DNA of 64,000 nucleotides from positions 173,262 through 237,261 of the forward strand of contig CP054181.1 of assembly GCA_015709655.1 (NCBI GenBank), read 5' to 3'. The notes beneath the pieces are model-generated. The model made no database searches. It was not told where the DNA came from and was given only the letters and a program-made list of their open reading frames with translations. The position numbers were made by a program, and so were the translations under genes. Source of the DNA: Ignavibacteria bacterium (GTDB lineage: Bacteria > Bacteroidota > Ignavibacteria > Kapaibacteriales > Kapaibacteriaceae). Shown piece after piece: positions 1-8,967 of the stretch. How positions within the stretch are numbered: the first letter of the stretch is position 1; each line of letters starts with the position of its first letter.

Positions 1-621
1 CGGTACAAGCGTAGTTCTAACGAACTCATTTAACCGTGCTGTAGCCTCTTCCTGTGGCATTTCGCCCCTGCTGGCATTTAACAGGACAAGGTTAATTTGC
101 GCCGCAACATTTCTGGAATGCAGTTGCACTTCCTTTGTAAGAATTGCTGCAGCTTCATCAATATCCTGTTTACATCGCAATTCAGCCGGCATCTGACCCA
201 GCAGAACCTGGGCAGCCTTCATGGCTGCACCACGTACGGGTTTTCCGCTGGCATCATGAATCATTGCTGACCAGAACACATCGTCATTGGTATCATACTG
301 TTTTCCGTCGCCAACCTTTAACATCACAAAAACCGTGTTCGATGGCAACAACACGGAAGTGGTCCACCGCTTACCGTCATTTTTCAACTGACTTTCGATT
401 GCTTCCGGTAAGTCCTTTACATCGGAAAACGCAAATACCACCACGTGGGGTTGGGCACTATTTCCGAACCAGGCTTTTTCTGCCGGACCCGGCTTGTATT
501 CAATTTCAACCGAAGCACCTGCCTGCGGATTTGCCGGGAAAATGCTCACTGTTCCGGCTGCACGTACGATGTTAACGCCAATCAGCGTCAGAACAAGTGT
601 AAAGAAAGATATACGAATCAT
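1..621 (-). CDS. hypothetical secreted protein, partial (C-terminus lies beyond the window start)
   Basis: Absent from the ORF track because it is open at the window edge. ATG at 619-621 (minus) is followed by 207 stop-free codons down to position 1. The N-terminus MIRISFFTLVLTLIGVNIVRA/AG looks like a Sec signal peptide. The + strand ORF 144-575 is its antisense shadow. Confidence 0.55.
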   Translation of the reverse strand, partial: MIRISFFTLVLTLIGVNIVRAAGTVSIFPANPQAGASVEIEYKPGPAEKAWFGNSAQPHVVVFAFSDVKDLPEAIESQLKNDGKRWTTSVLLPSNTVFVMLKVGDGKQYDTNDDVFWSAMIHDASGKPVRGAAMKAAQVLLGQMPAELRCKQDIDEAAAILTKEVQLHSRNVAAQINLVLLNASRGEMPQEEATARLNEFVRTTLVP

Positions 622-675
622 GCTGAAACTTTAATGATTGATGTGTGAATTTCGAGAATACAAAAATCGGCAACA

Positions 676-1395
676 TTAGCGAACCAGATGGTAACCTCCG
701 TCAACAATCAGACTCTGCCCTGTGATATACGGTGATGCAGTAGCAAAAAACCATACAGCATCGAAAATATCCTCAGGGCTACCGTACCTACCCATCGGAA
801 TGGTATGTAACAGCGAAACCTCTGTTTCTGCCGGGGAGGGATCGTCGGGGACTGCAATCATTCCCGGCGCCACCATGTTCACAGTATGAGTGGGCGCCAT
901 TGTTCTGGCTAGGTTCTCACCAAGCCGCACAAGAGCAGTCTTGCTTACACCGTACTCAATACGGTTTTTCCAAATTTCATGGGCCCCAAGCGAGCTAATT
1001 GCTATGATTCTCCCCGTTGGTCGTTGCTTATACCATCGTGCAATGGTTAGGAGCGGCAGTGTATTTACGGCCAGGGTCTGCATCACGTCAGAGTTCGTAA
1101 GCTCCTGGAGCCCCCGTGCCCGGGGGAACACACCGGCATTGCTGACAATTACATCCGGACTTCCCATTAGTGCGTCCAGGTTTGTCAGTGCACTCTCGAG
1201 CTCATGTTCATTAGAAACATCGGCCTGCTCTGCAACAACCTTTACTCCCGAACCGGCCAACTGATTCTGCAGGAGTAAGGCCTGCTGCCTGGATTGCCTG
1301 TATAAGAACCCGACATCCCAGCCTTTGCGTGCAAAACCATGCACAAGCCCCTTTCCAATCCTTCGGGACCCTCCGGTAATAAAAACTACAGGCAT
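676..1395 (-). CDS. short-chain dehydrogenase/reductase (SDR), pteridine-reductase/FolM-like
   Basis: 239 aa. N-terminal Rossmann motif ITGGSRRIGKG and catalytic YGVSKTAL (YxxxK). Its start overlaps the stop of the upstream YgfZ-like gene by 10 nt. Confidence 0.85.
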   Translation of the reverse strand: MPVVFITGGSRRIGKGLVHGFARKGWDVGFLYRQSRQQALLLQNQLAGSGVKVVAEQADVSNEHELESALTNLDALMGSPDVIVSNAGVFPRARGLQELTNSDVMQTLAVNTLPLLTIARWYKQRPTGRIIAISSLGAHEIWKNRIEYGVSKTALVRLGENLARTMAPTHTVNMVAPGMIAVPDDPSPAETEVSLLHTIPMGRYGSPEDIFDAVWFFATASPYITGQSLIVDGGYHLVR

Positions 1396-2408
1396 ATCGG
1401 ATCGACCGGTATGGTGAGTAAATCAACAACATTACCATTACCATTATCCTGATTATGGTGCAACGTCAGGTGACTACCCGGTATTGCATATTCCTGCAGC
1501 ACATAAGCCAAACCTACCTTGCTCTCCGGCTTGTCCGGCACCTGTACCACACTTGTTATTCGGCCAACTTGTGCACCGTCAGCAAACAGGCCTGCGTCCT
1601 GTGCCAGGCCCGTACCAAGCACTACCATTAACCTGTGCGCAACGTCAGAAATGGAATTGTGGGCAGAGATGTACTGCTCACCGGTATATCCGCGCTTACT
1701 AAATGACGTCAAGTGAAGCAACCCTGCCTCAATCGGATAATAGTCAGGTGAAATCTCTACATTGTTTGTGCCAATGCCGGCACAGATTCGAAGGAAATGA
1801 TACTCTTCAGCAGGCAAAAACGGAATATCTGATGCTGCTCCGATCAGCGTGGCCCTGATACCATTCTGTACAGATGCACCACACATAATAACATAATTTA
1901 AATTTGCTCCTCCAGGCATTCTAATGATGAATGCTCCGGGGCTGTCCGGTACCATACACCACTGCCACTGCCGAAGGGTATGAACGTCTGCTCCGAGAAG
2001 CTGGAATATTACCTGTGGCGCCAGTTGGCCTGCAATGGCAATGCTTTCCCATTCTGCGCTCACATCGTTAAGTTGCACATCCAGATGGGTACTGTTCTTT
2101 TGCAGTTTGTCCAGTACGGTTCCAATCATGGATCGTGTGGTTAGTACCAGGCACTGATGTTGATCGGCTAACACCGTCAGCACATCAATACAGGTAGCCT
2201 CTTCAGTCACCAGCACCGTCTGACGTCCTCTGCCCGGTTCCATACCCGACAGGTCGTTTGTGGTAGTGTTCTGCAGAAGAGAAATACGGTCGGGTCCCTG
2301 AATACGAATAACACCATACCGTTCGTGATTATGCCATACAACGTCATGAAGTGCTGTCTGCCACACAGCTGAAGTTGCAGGACGTACTGTTGGAACGCTC
2401 ATAAACAA
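1386..2408 (-). CDS. folate-binding YgfZ/GcvT-family (aminomethyltransferase-fold) protein
   Basis: 340 aa. VIRIQGPDRISLLQNTTTNDL resembles the conserved N-terminal block of the GcvT/YgfZ family. Size is typical for the family. Confidence 0.7.
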   Translation of the reverse strand: MFMSVPTVRPATSAVWQTALHDVVWHNHERYGVIRIQGPDRISLLQNTTTNDLSGMEPGRGRQTVLVTEEATCIDVLTVLADQHQCLVLTTRSMIGTVLDKLQKNSTHLDVQLNDVSAEWESIAIAGQLAPQVIFQLLGADVHTLRQWQWCMVPDSPGAFIIRMPGGANLNYVIMCGASVQNGIRATLIGAASDIPFLPAEEYHFLRICAGIGTNNVEISPDYYPIEAGLLHLTSFSKRGYTGEQYISAHNSISDVAHRLMVVLGTGLAQDAGLFADGAQVGRITSVVQVPDKPESKVGLAYVLQEYAIPGSHLTLHHNQDNGNGNVVDLLTIPVDPICL

Positions 2409-2432
2409 AAATCGTAGTTTTTATCGGATCAG

Positions 2433-4442
2433 ATGAATCAAAGAAATCAGCTCAAGTGCTGTTTTGTTCGGGACTGGCAGTACATACTTGCCTTGCTTGT
2501 GATCTCCAGCCTGTTTGCATGTCCGCTCGATGCGCAATCTCAGAGCCGGGAACTCTACAGAATCCACTTTACCGACAAAGGCAATGAACCATTTCGGCCG
2601 GGTTCTGAGCTTTATCAGGCAACCCTACAACGTTTTAATCCAAAAGCTATTGAGCGCAGGAAGGCTGCTGGCAGGCACCCGATTCTGGACTGGGCAGATA
2701 TGCCTGTAAACGAAGCCTATGTAACCGCACTCGACGTTGTGGGTGTTAAACCGATCCTTACTCTGAGATGGACAAATTGTGTTCTTGCCGAACTTTCACC
2801 GCTTCAGGTTACTGTGCTTAGTCAGGTTGGCTTTGTCAGGAGTATCGAAAAAGTGCGTGAGGTTCATTACCGTCCGCTGTCCATGACGGATGACTGCAGC
2901 CCCGCCCGTCCCGGAGCGTCATCCGATGCACATTCACTCCTGAACACCATGCCGATTCTTCATTCAGGTATTACGGGAAATTCAGTACGGTTAGGTCTGA
3001 TTGATACCGGCTTCCGGTACCGTGCCATGAGCTCGCTACGCCATCTGCGCGTTGTTGGAGAATTCGATTACATCCAGAATGACTCACTGGTTGACAATAA
3101 TGATACGGACACCAGCGGACAAGACGGTCACGGCAGCATTGTTCTGAGTATTGCGGGTGGATGGCTTCAAGACACTCTGATCGGCTTTGCACCAAACGCT
3201 GATTACATTCTGGCAAAAACCGAGGACCTGCGCTTTGAACGTCGCATCGAAGAAGAAGCATACTGTGCAGCCATCGAGTGGATGGAAATGGAGGGGGCTC
3301 AGATAATCTCTTCATCGTTAGGCTACTACAGTTTCGATACTACTGAACAACCTATGGATCCGGTTGTGTTCGACGGTAGCACGACGTGGGCTGCCCAATA
3401 CGTTAACAGAGCTGCAGAGCTCGGGGTACTTACGGTTACCGCTGCCGGCAATAACGGTGCAGGTGAACAATCGCTGCTTACTCCTGCCGATGCTGACAGT
3501 GTAATTGCGGTTGGCGCTGTTGATTACAGCGGTGTGGTGTGGGGTCAGAGCTCATCAGGCCTCACCTACGATAAGCGAGTCAAACCTGATGTTGCGTGTA
3601 TGGGTCAGTCTGTACAGTGTCAGGACCGCGATGGCTCGATAAAACGTGTATCTGGAACATCAATGGCTACACCTCAAATTGCAGGATCATTGGCATTACT
3701 GTGTGAGCTATATCCAATGAGCACAGCCTCCATTGTTAAGCATATTTTGTTTTCAACATGCTGGACAAAGCCTGAGAACGGTACGAAAACCGGTAAAGGC
3801 ATTCCGGATGTCACCCTGGCAGCCCGCAGATTGGGTGCAGTGTATGGGAGTGGATACGGCAAACCCGTAGCTATCCGGCACGGTGACAGCATCATTATCC
3901 TTGTTGCCATATTTGATACCAGTCAGGTGGATGCCGGCATTACCATTACTACGGCTCTCGGTCTGCGTACATTTACCGGATATCGCATCGACTCGCTATG
4001 GTACGGGTTTAGTATCCCATTGCAGGATGCAGGTACAGACACCATTGCCGTGCGGTTCAGCGCATCTGTCGGCAAGCGGATCTCATATCTGCCAGACCCC
4101 AACGGCTTTGTTCGTTTGCCGTCAGCAGCAAATCACATCCCATGCGGAATACGTCTGCCGGGAAGTATCGTATCGGTGCAATCAGGCGTTCTGGAACAGA
4201 GTCAGATCACTCTGTATCCAAACCCTGTACAGCATGGTGAAACTCTTACGATTACCGGAATCAGGAGACCACGATCACTTCAGATAGTCTGTGTTGGTAC
4301 CGGTACCATTGTGCACTCTGAATCTACACCAACGGAATTGCACCAGTACAAGCTACAAGTACCGGAGCTGGATCCCGGGTTGTACCTGGTAGTTATCTAC
4401 ACTGAATCGGATATTACAACACTTCCAGTCATCATTTTATAG
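2433..4442 (+). CDS. S8 subtilisin-like serine peptidase with T9SS C-terminal sorting domain
   Basis: 669 aa with a signal peptide. Catalytic triad motifs are GLIDTGF (Asp), DGHGS (His) and SGTSMATPQIAG (Ser). The C-terminus LYPNPVQHGETLTITG... matches the Por_Secre_tail pattern. Confidence 0.9.
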   Translation: MNQRNQLKCCFVRDWQYILALLVISSLFACPLDAQSQSRELYRIHFTDKGNEPFRPGSELYQATLQRFNPKAIERRKAAGRHPILDWADMPVNEAYVTALDVVGVKPILTLRWTNCVLAELSPLQVTVLSQVGFVRSIEKVREVHYRPLSMTDDCSPARPGASSDAHSLLNTMPILHSGITGNSVRLGLIDTGFRYRAMSSLRHLRVVGEFDYIQNDSLVDNNDTDTSGQDGHGSIVLSIAGGWLQDTLIGFAPNADYILAKTEDLRFERRIEEEAYCAAIEWMEMEGAQIISSSLGYYSFDTTEQPMDPVVFDGSTTWAAQYVNRAAELGVLTVTAAGNNGAGEQSLLTPADADSVIAVGAVDYSGVVWGQSSSGLTYDKRVKPDVACMGQSVQCQDRDGSIKRVSGTSMATPQIAGSLALLCELYPMSTASIVKHILFSTCWTKPENGTKTGKGIPDVTLAARRLGAVYGSGYGKPVAIRHGDSIIILVAIFDTSQVDAGITITTALGLRTFTGYRIDSLWYGFSIPLQDAGTDTIAVRFSASVGKRISYLPDPNGFVRLPSAANHIPCGIRLPGSIVSVQSGVLEQSQITLYPNPVQHGETLTITGIRRPRSLQIVCVGTGTIVHSESTPTELHQYKLQVPELDPGLYLVVIYTESDITTLPVIIL

Positions 4443-4447
4443 CAGCT

Positions 4448-5080
4448 ATGAAATCAGTCATCGTCACCGGGGCAACGGGAGGTTTAGGAACAATCGTAAC
4501 ACAGCACCTCCGCACCATCGGATGGAACGTAATTACCGTAAATGGAAGAACAACTGACCTCACCAGGATGGATGCTGTTGAACGGTTCGTTGCCTCTGTT
4601 GCAGAACCTGTAACCGGGTTAGTTCATCTTGTGGGGGGAATACTGCCCGCAGCACCGGTACACACAACAACTATTGACGATTTTAACTGGTACGTGGCAG
4701 TCAATCTTACAACAACATACACAATTGTCAGAGCTATGATGCCACGGTTGATTCAGTCAGGCTCGGGAAGCATCGTAACCATTGGCGCCAACGATGCGCT
4801 GCATCAAACTGCACATCGCTCGCTATACGCTGCCACGAAAAGCGCTGTTGTTGCCTTTACGAAGGCAATTGCCGAAGAAGGGAAACCAGACAATATCCGC
4901 GCTAATGTCATTGTTCCCAGTATTATCCGTACCCCGGCCAACCTTGAATGGGGCGATGCCGATGAAGTGCCAAAATGGGTAGACCCCGGGCACGTAGCAC
5001 AAACGATTGAGTTTCTTCTTTCACCATCGTGCGGATTAAATGGTGCTGTACTGACCATGCCCGGTGGATTAACATTGTAA
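4448..5080 (+). CDS. SDR-family oxidoreductase
   Basis: 210 aa with VTGATGGLGTIV (TGxxxGxG) and YAATKSAV (YxxxK). Confidence 0.85.
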   Translation: MKSVIVTGATGGLGTIVTQHLRTIGWNVITVNGRTTDLTRMDAVERFVASVAEPVTGLVHLVGGILPAAPVHTTTIDDFNWYVAVNLTTTYTIVRAMMPRLIQSGSGSIVTIGANDALHQTAHRSLYAATKSAVVAFTKAIAEEGKPDNIRANVIVPSIIRTPANLEWGDADEVPKWVDPGHVAQTIEFLLSPSCGLNGAVLTMPGGLTL

Positions 5081-5085
5081 ACAAC

Positions 5086-6849
5086 ATGAAGTTTATACTC
5101 GGTTTCTATAAGCCATTTGCGTGGCGTGTTATAATCGCCCTGGCCATCATGATCCCAACAAGTGCCGTAAGCCTGCTCTTCCCATGGCTTACCGGCAGTC
5201 TTGTCGATTCAATTATTACCAGCGGAGCAGGAAGTGCCTTGATGGCCCTGGCAGCTATATTCCTTGGTCTGCTGATTTGCCAGGCTATTTTGAGCTACGC
5301 TGTAAGCGTAACGCTGGCAACAGCAACCGAGAACGTTATTGGACACCTGCGCACAACCCTGTTCGAACACATCGTAAGGCTTCCACTGGCGTTCCTGACG
5401 CAATACCGCGTAGGTGAACTGGCATCGAGGTTATCGAGTGACCTAACGCAAATTCAGGAAACATTTACTGTTTCCCTTGTCCAGCTTTTCCGACAGGGCG
5501 TTCTTCTTGTTGGTGCACTGATTGTTATCGTTTCAACCTCTTTGCCACTTACCATTCCAATCGTGATTTGTACTCCCCTCGTTGTGGCTGTTGCCGTGTT
5601 TTTGGGACGCAAGATCAGAAAGCTTAGCATGTCAACTCAGGATGCACTTGCAACCAGTGCAGCTGTTGTGGATGAAACGCTTCAGGGTATTATGGCAGTA
5701 AAATCGTTCGAAATGGAACACTTTGAGGCACAACGATATTCAACCGCGATCAGCAACACAGTTGCTTACGCAATTAAAGGAGCAAAAGTCCGTGCGCTAT
5801 TCGTAACCTTTATTATCTTCGTCGTCTTTGGTGGTATTGCCGGCGTGATACTGTACGGTGCAAACCTGGTTGCCGAAAAAGCCATTAGTATTGGTGAACT
5901 GTTATCATTTCTGATGTATGCCATGTTTGTTGGCGGTTCACTGGGCAGTCTGGCGGAGCTTGTTGGACAGGTACAGAAAACAATCGGCGCAAGTATCCGC
6001 ATTCAGGAGATACTACAGCAGCCTGTGGAAGTACTAACAGTACCGGCAAACCCAAGCCCCCTGCCACAGACGCATGTAACTGCACCCTCCAGCCTTGATC
6101 CTGATGGCATACCGGCTATTGAATTCCGGGACGTAGGTTTCGTGTATTCTGATAGAACAGGCCATGCTGCGGTACGGAATCTATCGTTTACAATTCACTC
6201 CGGAAGTCGGGTGGCCTTTGTGGGTGAAAGCGGCGCCGGGAAAAGCACTACTGCTGCCCTTATCCTGCGACTGTACGAGCCAACAACCGGAGAGATCCTA
6301 TACGATGGCACTAACAGCCGTCTGCTTTCCCTTACCAACGTCCGCTCACGCGTAGGTATCGTTCCGCAGGATGTTGTGCTTCTTGGCGGAACAATCGAAG
6401 ACAATATTCGGTACGGGCGGAGTGATGCCTCATGGGACGAAGTGCAGGATGCCGCCCGCCAGGCTAATGCTCTTGGATTTATCGAGACACTGCCCGGTAA
6501 ATGGCAGACTGAAGTTGGAGAGCGCGGGACAAAGCTGAGTGGCGGACAAAAACAGCGCATTGCCATTGCGCGGGCCTTGCTAAAAAATCCCGAGATTCTG
6601 ATACTGGATGAAGCAACGAGTTCACTCGACGCAACAAGTGAACAGCAGATTCAGGAGGCACTCGATAGATTAATGACCAATCGAACCACCATCATCATTG
6701 CCCACCGACTGAGTACTGTTCGTAGCTGTGACACGATCTTTGTCTTCGAGAATGGTACAATTATCGAACACGGCTCTCATCCGGAATTGATTCAACATGA
6801 TTGCAGCCGGTACAAGAAGTGGGCCGATCTTCAGTTTCTGACCGGATAA
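5086..6849 (+). CDS. ABC exporter, fused permease/ATPase (MsbA/multidrug type)
   Basis: The N-terminal half has six predicted TM helices. Walker A is GESGAGKST, the signature is LSGGQKQR, and Walker B is ILILDEATS. Start set at the ATG at 5086 (MKFILG); the track start at 5029 overlaps the upstream SDR. Confidence 0.9.
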   Translation: MKFILGFYKPFAWRVIIALAIMIPTSAVSLLFPWLTGSLVDSIITSGAGSALMALAAIFLGLLICQAILSYAVSVTLATATENVIGHLRTTLFEHIVRLPLAFLTQYRVGELASRLSSDLTQIQETFTVSLVQLFRQGVLLVGALIVIVSTSLPLTIPIVICTPLVVAVAVFLGRKIRKLSMSTQDALATSAAVVDETLQGIMAVKSFEMEHFEAQRYSTAISNTVAYAIKGAKVRALFVTFIIFVVFGGIAGVILYGANLVAEKAISIGELLSFLMYAMFVGGSLGSLAELVGQVQKTIGASIRIQEILQQPVEVLTVPANPSPLPQTHVTAPSSLDPDGIPAIEFRDVGFVYSDRTGHAAVRNLSFTIHSGSRVAFVGESGAGKSTTAALILRLYEPTTGEILYDGTNSRLLSLTNVRSRVGIVPQDVVLLGGTIEDNIRYGRSDASWDEVQDAARQANALGFIETLPGKWQTEVGERGTKLSGGQKQRIAIARALLKNPEILILDEATSSLDATSEQQIQEALDRLMTNRTTIIIAHRLSTVRSCDTIFVFENGTIIEHGSHPELIQHDCSRYKKWADLQFLTG

Positions 6850-6853
6850 AAAA

Positions 6854-6878
6854 AAGCTGTCTATTAAGACAGCTTTTA
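6854..6878. terminator. bidirectional rho-independent terminator
   Basis: Hairpin AAGCTGTCT-ATTA-AGACAGCTT. It is flanked by A8 upstream and T4 downstream, so on the minus strand it is followed by T8. It lies between the ABC exporter (+) and the tRNA pair (-). Confidence 0.7.
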
Positions 6879-6886
6879 AAGGGATG

Positions 6887-6961
6887 CGGGACCGACGGGA
6901 CTCGAACCCGCGACCTCCGCCGTGACAGGGCGGCGCTCTAACCAAACTGAGCTACAATCCC
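6887..6961 (-). tRNA. tRNA-Asp (anticodon GTC)
   Basis: A 75-nt cloverleaf folded by hand: acceptor GGGATTG/CGGTCCC, D arm GCTC..GAGC, anticodon stem CCGCC/GGCGG with loop CTGTCAC, T arm GCGGG-TTCGAGT-CCCGT. CCA is not encoded. Confidence 0.9.
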
Positions 6962-6969
6962 CTTTTGTG

Positions 6970-7042
<73 letters not shown>

Positions 7043-7063
7043 GTTCAACCCGTGGGCAAATTA

Positions 7064-7071
7064 CAAATATA
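7064..7071 (-). promoter_or_regulatory. putative -7 promoter element (TAnnTTTG type) for the tRNA-Ala/tRNA-Asp operon
   Basis: Minus strand reads ACTCTATATTTGTAA, ending about 21 nt upstream of the tRNA-Ala 5' end. A nearly identical ACTCGTATATTTGTTA occurs at 15103-15118. Confidence 0.35.
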
Positions 7072-7167
7072 GAGTTTTTACCCAAATCCCAAAAAACGCG
7101 TTTCGGGGAAGTTATTCACACACAAAAAACACTGGCTGATGTGCAGGTCTGTAAAACCACCGTGCGG

Positions 7168-7554
7168 TCAGTCAGATCCCCCTGCACCGCCAAACTTATC
7201 ATCAGGACTGGCAAACATAAAATTAAACGACGTAAGCGAGCCGTAAACACGGGTAATATATCCCTGGAGCTTAAGTTTCTCGCCATCCGTTAGTGATGAC
7301 GACGAGTTAATCTGTTGCTCCAGTACTCTGAGATTGTCACGCATCATAACAACCTTGTGCATGAACTTATCAATCTGCAACTCATGCTGGGCAAGGCCGC
7401 TGTCAGCCGGCTTAAAAACAACCGAACCCCCCTGCCATTTTGGAGCAAGATCAGCAGAATGTCGCGATTCAATCTCGTTGGCAATCAGAGTTGCCAGTAA
7501 GCGCATTTGATATCTGTCAAGCTCCACGATTTGCCTTTCGTACTCCAACAACAA
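7168..7554 (-). CDS. hypothetical cytoplasmic coiled-coil protein
   Basis: 128 aa if started at the TTG at 7554, which overlaps the bioY end by 38 nt. It is 112 aa from the first ATG at 7506. No signal peptide or TM segment. I recognise no family. Confidence 0.55.
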   Translation of the reverse strand: MLLEYERQIVELDRYQMRLLATLIANEIESRHSADLAPKWQGGSVVFKPADSGLAQHELQIDKFMHKVVMMRDNLRVLEQQINSSSSLTDGEKLKLQGYITRVYGSLTSFNFMFASPDDKFGGAGGSD

Positions 7555-8083
7555 CAGCAGCGGCAGCCATACTCTTGATTATGTCTCCAAGGAGGAAGGG
7601 AACTACACCCATTGTCAGGGTGAATTGCCATCCAGTAAACGTCTGCATGACCAGGGCTCCAATAAGTAAAATCGGTATGTGGCCAATCAGCCCTGCCGCA
7701 GTTAATCGGAGAAATGACGCCGACCGGCTTCCTGCAACTGTACCGGCCAGCCAGGCACCGGGAAGAAAGCCAAGAAGGTACCCGGCCGTAGGACCCCATA
7801 AAGCAGGTAGTGAGGTGAACCCTGCGAAGACCGGTGCCCCCATCGCCCCGGCACACAAATAGGTCGCTGCAGCCAGAAACCCCTGTCGTCCGCCAAACAA
7901 AAGTCCCCACACAAGAACAGCAAACGTTTGGCCTGTGATCGGAACCGGTGTACCCGGCAAATCAATCCGTACCTGCGAAGCCAATGTAATTGCAACGGCT
8001 CCAGCCAGTGGCATGAGTATGGTATACGGCAGACTGCCGGCAAACCGATGTGAATTGGGTTGTGTTACTATGTTGTGTTCCAT
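7517..8083 (-). CDS. bioY: biotin transporter BioY
   Basis: 188 aa and polytopic. PITGQTFAVLVWGLLFG...GAPVFAG...GYLLGF are typical BioY blocks. Confidence 0.85.
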   Translation of the reverse strand: MEHNIVTQPNSHRFAGSLPYTILMPLAGAVAITLASQVRIDLPGTPVPITGQTFAVLVWGLLFGGRQGFLAAATYLCAGAMGAPVFAGFTSLPALWGPTAGYLLGFLPGAWLAGTVAGSRSASFLRLTAAGLIGHIPILLIGALVMQTFTGWQFTLTMGVVPFLLGDIIKSMAAAAVVVGVRKANRGA

Positions 8084-8139
8084 GCAGCAAAGATAAAAAT
8101 ATCGCTGAAAGCATGCATGTCAGTCCGGTTGGTTAACCG

Positions 8140-8967
8140 TTACTCTTTAAGCGCTCCGGCAGTTAGACCCTGGATTATGGACTTCTGAAATACAACGAAC
8201 AACAGTAAAATGGGCAATGCGCTAATACTTGCACCAGCCATCAGATGTCCCCAGTCAATACTCTGCTTACCAATATAAAACGCAAGTCCAACGGGCAGTG
8301 TACGGTGAGCCTCATCGTTAATAAATAAAAATGGATACAAGAAGCTGTTCCAGTTACTGAGGAAGGTGTAGATTGCCAACACGGTAAGCACCGGACGGGT
8401 GAGCGGAAAGATAATTCGCCAGAGAACCGCCCAGTCACCTGCCCCATCGATTCTTGCTGCGTCTTCGAGCTCCGTTGGAATGCTGAGGATATACTGCCTG
8501 ACAAGGAAAATGCCAAAGGGCGTCACCAGGAATGGAATTGTTAGTGCTGCATACGTATTGATCCAGTGTAGCTGTGCCATTAGCCGATACATCGGAATCA
8601 TCAGCACCTGCTGTGGTATCATCAGAACACCAAGTACGGTTAGGAACAGCACGGACGTAACCCTGGTTTTCCCACGGGCAAGTGCGTATCCTGACCACAG
8701 ACAAAACACAACATTCCCCGCGGTGACAACTGCACCAACCAAGGCAGAATTAATGAAATACCGCAAGAACTTATCACTCTTCAGCGCATCGGTATAGTTC
8801 CCAAGAATTGTGGGAGCATTCAGTAAATCAATTAGGTTAGCATATTGCTCGGGATTCGACCGTAGGCTTACAAGCAGCATCCAGGCCATCGGGAATACCA
8901 TCCCTACGGCAACAACCGCAAGGAGTACTGACAGTACAATGCCTGTGGGTTTCATTCCTGCCATCAC
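8140..8967 (-). CDS. carbohydrate ABC transporter permease (MalG/BPD_transp_1 type)
   Basis: 275 aa with six TM helices. EAA loop is EDAARIDGAGDWAVLWRIIFPLTRP. Its start overlaps the nadD stop. Confidence 0.85.
   Translation of the reverse strand: MMAGMKPTGIVLSVLLAVVAVGMVFPMAWMLLVSLRSNPEQYANLIDLLNAPTILGNYTDALKSDKFLRYFINSALVGAVVTAGNVVFCLWSGYALARGKTRVTSVLFLTVLGVLMIPQQVLMIPMYRLMAQLHWINTYAALTIPFLVTPFGIFLVRQYILSIPTELEDAARIDGAGDWAVLWRIIFPLTRPVLTVLAIYTFLSNWNSFLYPFLFINDEAHRTLPVGLAFYIGKQSIDWGHLMAGASISALPILLLFVVFQKSIIQGLTAGALKE

Noticed and set aside
144-575. 143-aa + strand ORF (and 445-648) at the left edge of the window
   Set aside because: It has an Arg/His/Pro-rich, low-complexity composition. 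It lies entirely antisense to a better minus-strand frame (1-621) that starts with a clear signal peptide and has no stops.
5029-5085. 19-codon 5' extension of the ABC exporter ORF
   Set aside because: It overlaps the 3' end of the upstream SDR gene. The ATG at 5086 gives the typical MKF...YKPF ABC exporter N-terminus.
7440-7910. 140-aa (+) and 141-aa (-) ORFs overlapping bioY
   Set aside because: They are alternative frames of the bioY region with Arg/Cys/Pro-rich composition. The BioY frame has the recognisable transporter blocks.
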